Below, one piece after another: positions 39,669 through 48,312 of a DNA stretch of 64,000 nucleotides (positions are counted from its first letter, which is position 1; each line of letters opens with the position of its first letter). The DNA lies in assembly GCA_965221595.1 (NCBI GenBank), contig OZ244900.1, positions 1,190,687 to 1,254,686 of the forward strand, written 5' to 3'. The notes below the pieces were generated by a model. That model was not told where the DNA came from. It was given only the letters and a program-made list of their open reading frames with translations, and made no database searches. The position numbers and the translations under genes were made by a program. The DNA is from Vicinamibacterales bacterium (GTDB lineage Bacteria; Acidobacteriota; Vicinamibacteria; Vicinamibacterales; UBA8438).

Positions 39669-39961
39669 TCCGCGTCGTGCTGCCGGCGCCGCTGTGCGCC
39701 CTGGCCCGCATCGAGCGCGAGGTGACGCTCCACATCCAGGGCGAGGTCACGCAGCGCGCCGTCATCGACGCCCTGGAGGCCGGCTACCCCGCACTGCGCG
39801 GCACCATCCGCGACTACGCGACGCAGCGCCGCCGCCCGTTCATCCGGTTCTTCGCCTGCGAGCAGGACCTGTCCCACGAGCAGCCCGACGCCCCCCTGCC
39901 GCCAGCCGTCGCCGCCGGCGTCGAGCCGTACCTCGTCGTTGGCGCAATGGCCGGCGGGTAG
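39665..39961 (+). CDS. MoaD/ThiS-like ubiquitin-fold protein ending in Gly-Gly
   Basis: 98 aa, [48 protein letters not shown]...[11 protein letters not shown]-stop. ATGA start/stop overlap with the BNR gene. Confidence 0.6.
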
Positions 39962-40150
39962 CACCGGGAACGGAGCCCGAGGCTCGTCTGCGGGTCACAG
40001 CTCGCAGGTGGTGTCCGTGCCGACGTTGTCGGCCCTCCCGCCAGAGCTGGACCCTCAAGGGTTGCGAATGCACGCAAACCAGCGGGACCGGGCCCAGGCA
40101 TGCACAAGCACACCGCCCGGACAGTTACCTCCGCGCTCGATGGTTCGCGT

Positions 40151-42127
40151 CTACCCGCCCCGTCGGCGCCACAGGACGCTGACGGCCCAGTCGACATCGA
40201 GCCGCTCGCCCCGCCCGGCCGGCGTCGCCGTGTGCGGGCCCAGCCGGATGCCCGCACGCCCGAGCCGCGCCGTCACCTTTGCCAGCGGTGCGCCGGTCAC
40301 GGTCGGCGACGCAGGCGCCTCCGGCAGCGGCTGGCCGTCCGGCCGGACGAAGTGCGCCTCGCCGTCGTCGCCGAGCGTGACCCCGAAGCCTTCTTCGTGC
40401 ACGGCGCGGTGGTGCCGCCGGCACAGGAGCACCAGGTTGTCGAGCGCCGTCGCCCCGCCGTGCGCCCAATGGCGGATGTGGTGACCATCGCAGCGAGTGG
40501 CGGTGCACCCGGGGAAGCGGCAGTGCCGGTCGCGGGCGGCCAGCGCGCGGCGTAGCGCCGGCGAGAGGGTGCGCGTCCGGCGGCCGACACTGAGGATCTG
40601 GCCGCCCGGCCCGTGGTGCAGGGTGACCTTGGCGGCGTCGCAGGCCAGCCGCCGGGCCGTCTCGGCGGAGACGCGGATGCCGCCGGCCTCGTCGAGTGCG
40701 GACTGGCCGCGGGTTGCGGCAGCAGGCGCGGCGGCGGGCGGCTCTGTTGCCGGCACGCCCGTGCATGGTATGGCGTGATGGGTTGTGGGCCTCGCCGTCG
40801 CCGGCTGCGGCGCGTCGAGGCACGCCGGGTTAAGGGTTTGCGTGGTGGCCGACGCTGTCCCCGCCCTGCCCAAGCGAAGTGCGGTGGGGCTGGACGCGGG
40901 CCTCGCCAGCGTTGGCGGCGCGGCGTCGGAGCGCAGCGGGGCAGCGGCTTGCCCGGCAGGCGAGGCCGTCTCGTCGGCGGCCTTGTCCGCGCCCGCGCTG
41001 CACCGCCTGTACGTTCCCGCGGGAACGTACGGCGCCGGTGCCGCAGCTCCGCCGTTCGTGGTCAATGCCGCCTCGTCTTCGTCCTGACCGTTGCGGTCGC
41101 TCGGACACGGCGACGTCCGAATATCGAGTTGGCCGCCTGCCCTGGCGCCCGCGTTGCCGGTACCTTCGCTCGAACGCGGCGGGGTCCGAGTATCGAGTCC
41201 GTCGCTTGCCGTGGTGCCCGTGTCGCCGGGTCCATCGCTCGGACATGGCTCCGTCGCGGCCGCCTCGGGCCGGTCGGCGTCGTCGGCAGTCAGGGTGTCG
41301 GCGTCCACGTGGACGACCGCCTGGTAGCGGTCACCGGCCGTGCCCTTGTCGAGGCCGCCGGCCAGCGCGCACTCGGCCACGGTGCCCAGCGCGTCGGCCC
41401 GCCGCTGCGAGACGCTCGGCGCCATGCCATCTGCGGTGTCCGCGGCGGCCCCGTCTGCATCCACCGGGCTCGGCGCCGCGTCCAGGGCGGCGTCGAGCGC
41501 CCGGCGCAGCACGGCGCCCACCTCGGGCGCCAGCCGGCCGCGGACCACGACCATCCCGTCGTCGTCCACCCAGGTGTCGAGGGCGCGCGAGTCGTGCCGC
41601 TGCCGGTCGTCTGCTGCCTCGGCTGCGCGGTCGACCTGCCGCCAGGAGCGGACGACCTGCTCGACGTGGGCTGCGGTGCCGGCGAGGGCGAGGTCGAGCA
41701 GGGCCTGCTCGGTCTCGGGGGTGGCCACGCGGGTGACGGCTCGTACCTTCGAGTAGGAGACCTGGCCGCGCTGCATGGCGGCGCTCAGGAGCGGCAGGTT
41801 GGCGAGGGCGCGCGCCACGCGGACGTGCTCGCGGGCCGGTCCGGGTGCGAGTCCGATGCGCCAGCTCAGCCAGTGGGCGCAGGAGGCGAAGCCTTCCCAG
41901 GCGGCACGCTCGTCGAACTGGCGGATGAGGACGAGCAGCTCGTAGGTGGCGGCCTGGATGCAGGCGGCGGCCTCGGCGATGCGGTTGCCGAGGGCTTCGT
42001 TGCTCGGCTCGGGCTCGTCGCCCGGCACGGGTGACAGAAGCGCCGGCCCGGGCGGGCTTGTCGCGGTGGCTACCGGGACCGGCAGGGGGGACGACGAGGT
42101 GGGAACGGGGCTGGCAGCAGCAGGCAT
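40151..42127 (-). CDS. DUF222-HNH endonuclease (13E12-repeat-family type selfish-element protein)
   Basis: The N-terminus (LGNRIAEAAACIQAATYELLVLIRQFDERAAWEGFASCAHWLSWRIGL) is the DUF222 pattern. C-terminal HNH: RHCRFPGCTATRCDGHHIRHWAHGGATALDNLVLLCRRHHRAVHE. A low-complexity tandem-repeat insert lies in between. Confidence 0.85.
   Translation of the reverse strand: MPAAASPVPTSSSPLPVPVATATSPPGPALLSPVPGDEPEPSNEALGNRIAEAAACIQAATYELLVLIRQFDERAAWEGFASCAHWLSWRIGLAPGPAREHVRVARALANLPLLSAAMQRGQVSYSKVRAVTRVATPETEQALLDLALAGTAAHVEQVVRSWRQVDRAAEAADDRQRHDSRALDTWVDDDGMVVVRGRLAPEVGAVLRRALDAALDAAPSPVDADGAAADTADGMAPSVSQRRADALGTVAECALAGGLDKGTAGDRYQAVVHVDADTLTADDADRPEAAATEPCPSDGPGDTGTTASDGLDTRTPPRSSEGTGNAGARAGGQLDIRTSPCPSDRNGQDEDEAALTTNGGAAAPAPYVPAGTYRRCSAGADKAADETASPAGQAAAPLRSDAAPPTLARPASSPTALRLGRAGTASATTQTLNPACLDAPQPATARPTTHHAIPCTGVPATEPPAAAPAAATRGQSALDEAGGIRVSAETARRLACDAAKVTLHHGPGGQILSVGRRTRTLSPALRRALAARDRHCRFPGCTATRCDGHHIRHWAHGGATALDNLVLLCRRHHRAVHEEGFGVTLGDDGEAHFVRPDGQPLPEAPASPTVTGAPLAKVTARLGRAGIRLGPHTATPAGRGERLDVDWAVSVLWRRRGG
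41097..41255 (-). repeat. 69-bp coding tandem repeat (about 2.3 units) inside the HNH gene
   Basis: tcgctcggacacggcgacgtccgaatatcgagt... / tcgctcgaacgcggcggggtccgagtatcgagt... / tcgctcggacatgg... They encode the PCPSD...LD(I/T)RT(S/P) units. Confidence 0.8.
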
Positions 42128-42515
42128 ACGTCCATTGTATGCCCCGTTTTCTTAACCGCTTGCACGGCTCCAGGACACCCGATCGGGCCGCGTGGCAGCG
42201 TCGCGCCCTCCCCGGCCGGCGAACGACCGCCAGCGCGCCGTCAGGGCGCTCGAAGGGGCATGTCTGACACGGGTTCGACCGCGGCGCGACGTGCTTCACG
42301 GAAGGCTGTCAAGCAAAAAATGCACGGACGACAGAAAAAGTGACGCCTGCCGTCCCTCCGGCAAGGCGGCATCCAGCATCCGCTGGGACGCGGTGCTCGA
42401 CCTGCCGCTTGATGGCCGGTGGGTAGGAACTGAAACGGAACTCGAGGCTCGTCCGAGCGTATGATGGTCATGCTAGCCCGAAGGGCCGCATTGTCTCCGA
42501 CTGAAGGAGCCGAAG

Positions 42516-44096
42516 ATGCACAGCTCGATTCGCGCAACTGCCGTTTGGTTCGCGGCGCTCAACGTCGCCGGCGCCGGACTGCTGGCACAGGACGGAGGGG
42601 CTACTCGATCCGAAACCGCTGAAGCGGCCGGAACAGAGCAAACGGAGCGCCCGGTCGAGGGGCGCCAAGCTGCCGGGCAGGATGACGTGGCGCGGGACGC
42701 CCGCCTCGACGAGGCTCGAGCCCGGCTCGCTCGGGCGTTGTTGTTGCGCCAGCAAGCCGAACAGGGTGACGCTGCCTCGCAGTTCACGCTTGGACTGCAG
42801 CACCTCACTGGCAACGGTGCCATTGAAGACACCGCGGAAGCCGTCCGCTGGTTCCGTCTGGCCGCCGAGCAAGGCTATGCGGAGGCGCAGGCTGCCCTTG
42901 GGGTCATGTACCTCGATGGTCGAGGAATTGCAGCAGACTCCGACGAAGCCCTGCATTGGTTGCGCCTCGCCGCCGAGCAAGGTGTCGCAACGGCGCAGAA
43001 CGCCGTCGGGTGGATGTACTTCGCCGGATCGGGTGTCCCAAGAGACGCTGCGGAAGCCGCGCGCTGGTACCGCCTCGCCGCTGACCAGGGCTCTGCCGAC
43101 GCGCAGTCGCACCTCGGAATGGCGTACAGCTCGGGGCACGGGGTGCCGCAGGACATCGGGGAGGCCGCGCGCTGGTACCGCCTCGCCGCTGAGCAAGGCC
43201 TCGCGGATGCGCAGTACGCCCTGGGCGACCGGTACTCCGAGGGCCGCGGCGTGCCACAAGACAAAGAGGAGGCTGTGCGCTGGTACCGCTTGGCGGCCGA
43301 ACAGGGTAATGCTGCGGCACAGTATTCCCTCGGACTGATGTACGCCAGCGGCCAGGGTCTCATCGAGGACGCTGCGGAAGCGGCACGCTGGTACCGCTTG
43401 GCGGCCGCGCAAGACGATGATCTCCTCCCGTCCTTTCCGTACGTATTCCTCGCCCGGTTCGGCCTCGCAGTTATGTACGCCAATGGACGTGGCGTCCTTG
43501 AGGACGTCACGGAAGCGCTGCGCTGGTACCGCTTGGCGGTCGCCGACGACCGGCACGAACTGGTTCCCTTTGGATTCTGGCCTGACAAGCTGAACGACAC
43601 TGCGGAGGCCGTGCGTTGGTACCGCTTCGCGGCCGAGCAAGGCCAAGCCTATGGGCAACTGCGCCTCGGGTACATGTACGCCAGAGGCGCTGAAGGTGTC
43701 CCGAGAGACGCCGCGGAAGCCGTGCGGTGGTACCGACTTGCTGCCGAGCAGGGTGACGCGGGGGCGCAGAATAATCTAGGGGCCATGTACGCCAGAGGTG
43801 ACGAAGGTGTTCTCAAGGACGCCGGGGAGGCCGTGCATTGGTACCGTTTGGCGGCCGAGCAGGGCCACGCGGCGGCGCAGTACAACCTCGGCGCCATGTA
43901 CGCCGACGGCTCGGGCGTCCTCAAGGACGCCGTGCTTGCGCATATGTGGTTCAATATCGCCGGCGCGAATGGGTGGGACGACGCACCGGACGCTCGGGAC
44001 AGATTGGAACGTGACATGGCCCTTGCGGACATCAGCCGCGCGACCGAACTAGCCCGAGCCTGCATGGCCTCGGACTACCGGGACTGCGCGCCGTAA
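42516..44096 (+). CDS. Sel1-repeat (SLR) protein, exported
   Basis: AAGGAG upstream and a signal peptide. About 11 units of xEAVRWYRLAAEQGxAxAQxxLGxMYxxGxGVxxD. Confidence 0.9.
   Translation: MHSSIRATAVWFAALNVAGAGLLAQDGGATRSETAEAAGTEQTERPVEGRQAAGQDDVARDARLDEARARLARALLLRQQAEQGDAASQFTLGLQHLTGNGAIEDTAEAVRWFRLAAEQGYAEAQAALGVMYLDGRGIAADSDEALHWLRLAAEQGVATAQNAVGWMYFAGSGVPRDAAEAARWYRLAADQGSADAQSHLGMAYSSGHGVPQDIGEAARWYRLAAEQGLADAQYALGDRYSEGRGVPQDKEEAVRWYRLAAEQGNAAAQYSLGLMYASGQGLIEDAAEAARWYRLAAAQDDDLLPSFPYVFLARFGLAVMYANGRGVLEDVTEALRWYRLAVADDRHELVPFGFWPDKLNDTAEAVRWYRFAAEQGQAYGQLRLGYMYARGAEGVPRDAAEAVRWYRLAAEQGDAGAQNNLGAMYARGDEGVLKDAGEAVHWYRLAAEQGHAAAQYNLGAMYADGSGVLKDAVLAHMWFNIAGANGWDDAPDARDRLERDMALADISRATELARACMASDYRDCAP
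42777..43980 (+). repeat. 108-bp-period Sel1 coding repeats
   Basis: The string gcgctggtaccgc(c/t)t(c/g)gc(c/g)gc recurs at about 108-bp spacing (for example near 43063, 43168, 43276, 43384). Two central units are degenerate. Confidence 0.75.
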
Positions 44097-44130
44097 TCCA
44101 GGGCGCGCTCACCGCCGCACTCCGCCCCCC

Positions 44131-45243
44131 TCACAGCTCGCACGTGCCGTCCGTGCACGCACTGTCTCCGCTCGCCGGAGGGCGGCCGTCGATGGCGCGG
44201 AGGACGGGGGACGTCATGTGGCCCCAGCCGGGCAGGAAGGCGGAGAAGCGGCCGGCTTCGCCGCCGGCGACGAAGAGGTGGATGTCGTCGGGGGCGGGGA
44301 CGACGGGGATGCGGGCGCCCGGCTCGCGGCGGTACCAGCGCGGGAGGTTGCGGTTGTAGACCTTGCCGTAGCGTCCGCCGAAGCTGACCGCGTCCCAGCG
44401 GTTGCCGGCATTCGACCAGAGGTAGCGGCGTACGTCCTGCCGCGTCCAGTGCTGCGCGGCGATGGTGGCCGCGTGCTCGGGGCCGAGGACGACAGCGCAC
44501 GAGCCGCTGCTGACGGCGTTGTTGTGGGCGATGGTGCTCATGGCCGAGGCGATGCTGTCGAGGATGCCCTGCGGGTCGTTGGCCACGTGGTTGGTGACGC
44601 TGTGCGGTCCCTCGGCTGCGATGCAGAACACGGTGCTGTCGTCGGGGCGGTAGCCCTGCTCGACGTGGTACGGCGCCCAGGGGCTGGCCTCCTCGTTCTC
44701 GGCGATGCAGAACGTGTACTTGCCGGGGTGGCCCAGCGTGCTCTTGTCGAGGTCCCCCGGCCAGGCGCCGCCGACGTTGAGCAGCACGAGACGGATCGCG
44801 CGGCCGATGGTGGCGTTGGCCCGGCAGCCGGAGCCGAAGACGTTGGCGCCGGCATTGAGCCCGAGTGCTCCCCGGACGGGGCCGTTCACCACCAGCAGCG
44901 GGGCGGCCATGTGGGTGGTGGCCTGCACGCCGTGCAGGTTGAAGTGGCTGCTCGTGAGCGCCAGCAGCGCGGCGCGGACGAGCGGTGCGTACTCCGGCCG
45001 GCAGCCGGCGAGCACCAGGTTGACCGCGAGCACCTCGCGCGTGAGGTTGCCCCAGCGCGGCGGGATGCGGGCCTCGAGGTGATCGGGGCGGCCGCCGAGC
45101 GCGTCGACCATCGCGGCGACCGACGCCGGCGTGGGCGGCACGACAGGCAGGCCGTCCGTCCAACCCTGCTCGAAGTAGTGCTCGATCAGGTCTGCGGGAT
45201 CGCCACGCGAGGCGCTGCCGGTGTCCGGGTCAGATGCGGGCAT
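44131..45243 (-). CDS. uncharacterised conserved protein ('GLPVVPPTP / AGCRPEY' family), paralogue of the C-terminal domain of 57834..59483
   Basis: 370 aa. Shares TDGLPVVPPTPA, LAGCRPEY, FNLHGVQATT, VNGPVR, GLNAGANVFG, RANATIGRA, NVGGAWPGDLDKSTLGHPGK and PYHVEQG blocks with the other copy. I recognise no named family. Confidence 0.65.
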   Translation of the reverse strand: MPASDPDTGSASRGDPADLIEHYFEQGWTDGLPVVPPTPASVAAMVDALGGRPDHLEARIPPRWGNLTREVLAVNLVLAGCRPEYAPLVRAALLALTSSHFNLHGVQATTHMAAPLLVVNGPVRGALGLNAGANVFGSGCRANATIGRAIRLVLLNVGGAWPGDLDKSTLGHPGKYTFCIAENEEASPWAPYHVEQGYRPDDSTVFCIAAEGPHSVTNHVANDPQGILDSIASAMSTIAHNNAVSSGSCAVVLGPEHAATIAAQHWTRQDVRRYLWSNAGNRWDAVSFGGRYGKVYNRNLPRWYRREPGARIPVVPAPDDIHLFVAGGEAGRFSAFLPGWGHMTSPVLRAIDGRPPASGDSACTDGTCEL

Positions 45244-45589
45244 CCTGCGTGACGCGGTGGATGGGGCCGAGCGCTTTCACGACTGCGGACGCGTTGGACC
45301 CCAGCAGGACCCCGTCGCCGAGGACCAGTGCGCCGGTGAAGCAGGAGCGGTTCGCAAAGCGCACCTGCACGGGGCCGACGTACGGGACGGAGACGTGCCG
45401 GCCCTCGGCCTTGGTCACTTCCCGCTTCTCCAGCTCGGACAGATCGAGCTGCACGGCCACATGCCGGGGGATGCACTGCGTCATCGCCCCCGTGTCGACG
45501 AGCGCCGTGACGCGCAGCGGGTTCAGCGCCGGGTCGCGTGGATTCGACAACGCGACGGTGGTGTGCAGCCGCTCACGCGCCGACATCAC
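45230..45589 (-). CDS. retropepsin-like (clan AA) aspartyl protease domain protein
   Basis: 119 aa with the LVDTGAM active-site motif and a later ALVLGDGVLLG flap/dimer-type block. Overlaps both neighbours by 14-17 nt. Confidence 0.6.
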   Translation of the reverse strand: MMSARERLHTTVALSNPRDPALNPLRVTALVDTGAMTQCIPRHVAVQLDLSELEKREVTKAEGRHVSVPYVGPVQVRFANRSCFTGALVLGDGVLLGSNASAVVKALGPIHRVTQDARI

Positions 45590-47681
45590 CGAATCCCTTG
45601 CCCTGCGCGGCGAGGCGCGCGAGGAGCGGTGCGGGCGCGAGCCGCTCGCCGTGCTCGTCGGCGAGGCGGCTCAGCGCCTCGTGGATGGTCCGCAGGCCCA
45701 CCCGGTCGGCCCAGAACATGGGCCCGCCGCGGTAGCGCGGGAAGCCGTAGCCGTGCATCCAGACGACATCGATGTCGCCGGCGCGCAGCGCGATGCCCTC
45801 GTCGAGGACCTTCGCGCCCTCGTTGACGAGCGGGTAGAGGCAGCGCGGGACGATCTCGTCGTCGCTGACCGCGCGGCGCTCGATGCCGGCCTCCGCCGCC
45901 GCGCTGACGATGAGCTCCTCGACGAGCGGGTCGGGGACCGGCGTGCGGCTGCCCGGCTCGTAGCGGTACCACCCGGCGCCGGTCTTCTGTCCGAAGCGCC
46001 CGCGCTCGCAGATGCGGTCCGCCACCGGGGAGTAGCGCAGATCGGCCGGCCGCGTGGCCGCCTGGCGCTGGCGGATGAACCAGCTGACGTCGTTGCCGGC
46101 CAGGTCCGACATCTGGAACGGTCCCATCGGCAGGCCGAACTCGTAGAGGACCCGGTCGACCTGCTGCGGCAGCGCTCCCTCCTCGAGGAGGAACTCCGCC
46201 TCGCGCAGGTAGGGCGCCAGCAGCCGGTTGCCGACGAAGCCGTCACAGACGCCGACGAGGACGCCCACCTTGCCGAGCCGCCTGGCGAGCTGCATGACCG
46301 TGGCGATGGTGCGCGCCGAGCTGCGCCGGCCGCGCACGTTCTCCATCAGCCGCATGACGTTGGCCGGGCTGAAGAAGTGCGTTCCGATCACCGCCTCGGG
46401 CCGCGCGGTGACTGCGGCGATCGCGTCGACGTCCAGCGTCGACGTGTTCGTGGCCAGCACCGCGTCGGGCTTGCACACGGCGTCGAGGCGGCGGAATACA
46501 TCCTGCTTCAGGTCCATCCGCTCGAAGACCGCCTCGACCACGATGTCGGCGCCGCGCACGTCCGCGTAGTCCGCGCTGCGCGCGATGCGCCCCAGCCGCG
46601 CGTCCATTTCCGCCTGCGCGAGCCGGCCCTTCGACACCGTGGCCGCGTAGTTCTGCGCGACGACGGCGAGCCCCTTGTCGAGCGCCTCGTCCGAGACGTC
46701 GACCACCGTCACCGGGATGCCGGCGTTGGCGAACGTCATGGCGATGCCGCCGCCCATCGTCCCGCAGCCGATGACCGCCGCGCGCTCGATGGGCAGCGCC
46801 GGCGTCTCGCGCGGAACGTCCGGGATCTTGGCGGCCTCGCGCTCCGCGAAGAAGGCGTGCCGCTGCGCCCGCGACTGGTCCGAGGTGCGCAGCCGCTCGA
46901 AGATGCGCCGCTCCGCGGCCATGCCCTCCCCGAACGGTAGCGACACGGCGTTCTCGACCGACTCGACGCAGGCGTACGGGGCGTCGAAGCCGCGCGCGCG
47001 CCGGGCCATCCTGCGGCGGTACGCGGCGAAGAGCCCGGGTTGTGCGCGGGCCTCGGCAACCCGCTCCACGAGCAGCGAGGCACGGCGCAGCGGCGCGCGC
47101 TCGCCGGCGAGCTGCCGGGCGCGCGCGACGGCGGCCGCCAGCAGGTCGCCGTCCACGACCTCGTCGACGATGCCCAGCGCCAGCGCCCGCTCGGCCGGCA
47201 GGAGCTGGCCGCCGACGATGACGTCGAGAGCTGCCTCCACGCCGATCAGCCGCGGCAGGCGCTGGGTGCCGCCCGCGCCCGGCACGATGCCCAGGGTCAC
47301 TTCCGGCAGGCCGAGCCGGGTGCCCGCCGCGGCGAAACGGACGTGGCAGGCCAGCGCCACCTCGAGCCCGCCGCCCGCGGCCACGCCGTGAATGGCCGCG
47401 ACCACCGGCTTGCGCGAGGCTTCCAGCTCGGCGAGCACCGCGGGCAGCGACGCCGCGCCGGGCGGCGGCGGGGCGTCGAACTCGCGGATGTCGGCGCCGG
47501 CGCAGAACAGGCGGCCGGCGCCTGCAACGACGAGGGCCGCCACGCCGTCGTCAGCCAGCGCCTCCATGACCCGGTCGCCCAGCGCGGCGCGCATGGCGAA
47601 GCTCAGGCCGTTGACCGGGGAGTTCGTCAGGCGCAGCAGCGCGACATCGTCATGGCGTTCCAACTCGACGGAGCCCGGCAT
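45573..47681 (-). CDS. bifunctional enoyl-CoA hydratase / 3-hydroxyacyl-CoA dehydrogenase (FadB/FadJ-like)
   Basis: 702 aa. N-terminal crotonase part (FCAGADIREF, AAIHGVAAGGGLEVALAC), then the 3HCDH Rossmann part (AAVIGCGTMGGGIAMTFA) and a C-terminal 3HCDH_C domain. Confidence 0.9.
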   Translation of the reverse strand: MPGSVELERHDDVALLRLTNSPVNGLSFAMRAALGDRVMEALADDGVAALVVAGAGRLFCAGADIREFDAPPPPGAASLPAVLAELEASRKPVVAAIHGVAAGGGLEVALACHVRFAAAGTRLGLPEVTLGIVPGAGGTQRLPRLIGVEAALDVIVGGQLLPAERALALGIVDEVVDGDLLAAAVARARQLAGERAPLRRASLLVERVAEARAQPGLFAAYRRRMARRARGFDAPYACVESVENAVSLPFGEGMAAERRIFERLRTSDQSRAQRHAFFAEREAAKIPDVPRETPALPIERAAVIGCGTMGGGIAMTFANAGIPVTVVDVSDEALDKGLAVVAQNYAATVSKGRLAQAEMDARLGRIARSADYADVRGADIVVEAVFERMDLKQDVFRRLDAVCKPDAVLATNTSTLDVDAIAAVTARPEAVIGTHFFSPANVMRLMENVRGRRSSARTIATVMQLARRLGKVGVLVGVCDGFVGNRLLAPYLREAEFLLEEGALPQQVDRVLYEFGLPMGPFQMSDLAGNDVSWFIRQRQAATRPADLRYSPVADRICERGRFGQKTGAGWYRYEPGSRTPVPDPLVEELIVSAAAEAGIERRAVSDDEIVPRCLYPLVNEGAKVLDEGIALRAGDIDVVWMHGYGFPRYRGGPMFWADRVGLRTIHEALSRLADEHGERLAPAPLLARLAAQGKGFGDVGA

Positions 47682-47745
47682 GAGCGCGCGTTGCCTCCGG
47701 TGCAGGTGGCGGCCCGCGGCGCTGGAAATGCGCCGCAGGGCCGGC

Positions 47746-48279
47746 TCAGTGGGTGATCGCGTCCAGGATCGCGTCGAGCGCCGCGCGGGCCTTCGCGCGC
47801 ATCTCTTCGTCCGTGGCGTCCTGAATCGGATGCGGCACGTAGACGGCGCGGCTGGCGACGCCCGGCATCCCGAGCGCCGCGGACTGCCGCTCGGCCGCGC
47901 CGACGAATTCCGACGAGGCCACCATCACGGTCGGGATGCCCTGCGCCTCGTAGTCGACCAGGTCGTGCACACTGCACGACGTGCACGACCCTCAATCGGC
48001 GAGCGCCTGGATGACGACCCGGCAGCGCTCGGCCACCTCCGCGCGCAGGTCGGGCGGCGCCGGCTTGGTGAAGGTCGGCTTGCGCAGGCGCACGATCTCG
48101 ACGCCGGGCAGCCGGCCGGCCAGCAGGCGCTCGAGCTCGTCGCAGAACACGTCGCCGCGCGGCTTCGAGATGTCGACGATCCCCAGCGGACCGCCGATCC
48201 CGCCCGCCCGCGCGGCAAGCGGCCTGCGGATTGGCTCGCGCTCGTCCGTCGGGTCGAGGATGACCATCGAGTCCGGCAT
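47746..48279 (-). CDS. UGSC-motif selenoprotein B (in-frame TGA = Sec at 47992-47994)
   Basis: The ORF 47992..48279 ends ...RVVIQALAD at TGA. The same frame continues GSCTSCSVHDLVDYEAQGIPTVMVASSEFVGAAERQSAALGMPG...HPIQD... to the stop at 47746 (the track lists that part as a separate ORF, 47746..47970). ATG 48279 has GGGGGA 6 nt upstream. Confidence 0.75.
47962..47980 (-). promoter_or_regulatory. candidate bacterial SECIS hairpin for UGSC-B
   Basis: The mRNA reads UGA-11 nt-GUCGUGCA-GUG-UGCACGAC. An alternative 9-bp stem is GUCGUGCAC/GUGCACGAC with a 10-nt loop. Confidence 0.55.
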
Positions 48280-48312
48280 GCTTCGTCCCCCGCCTGCTGG
48301 AAATCCGCGTCC

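Noticed and set aside
42255-42290. tRNA-like GGTTCGA (T-loop-like) string in the 388-bp gap, considered as a possible tRNA or tRNA-Sec
   Set aside because: I could not build flanking T-stem pairing, an acceptor stem or an anticodon arm, so there is no cloverleaf. I found no tRNA anywhere in the window.
42192-42464. 90-aa ORF in the gap between the HNH and Sel1 genes
   Set aside because: No SD, non-coding-like composition across the AT-rich patch, and no motifs. I treat the region as non-coding.
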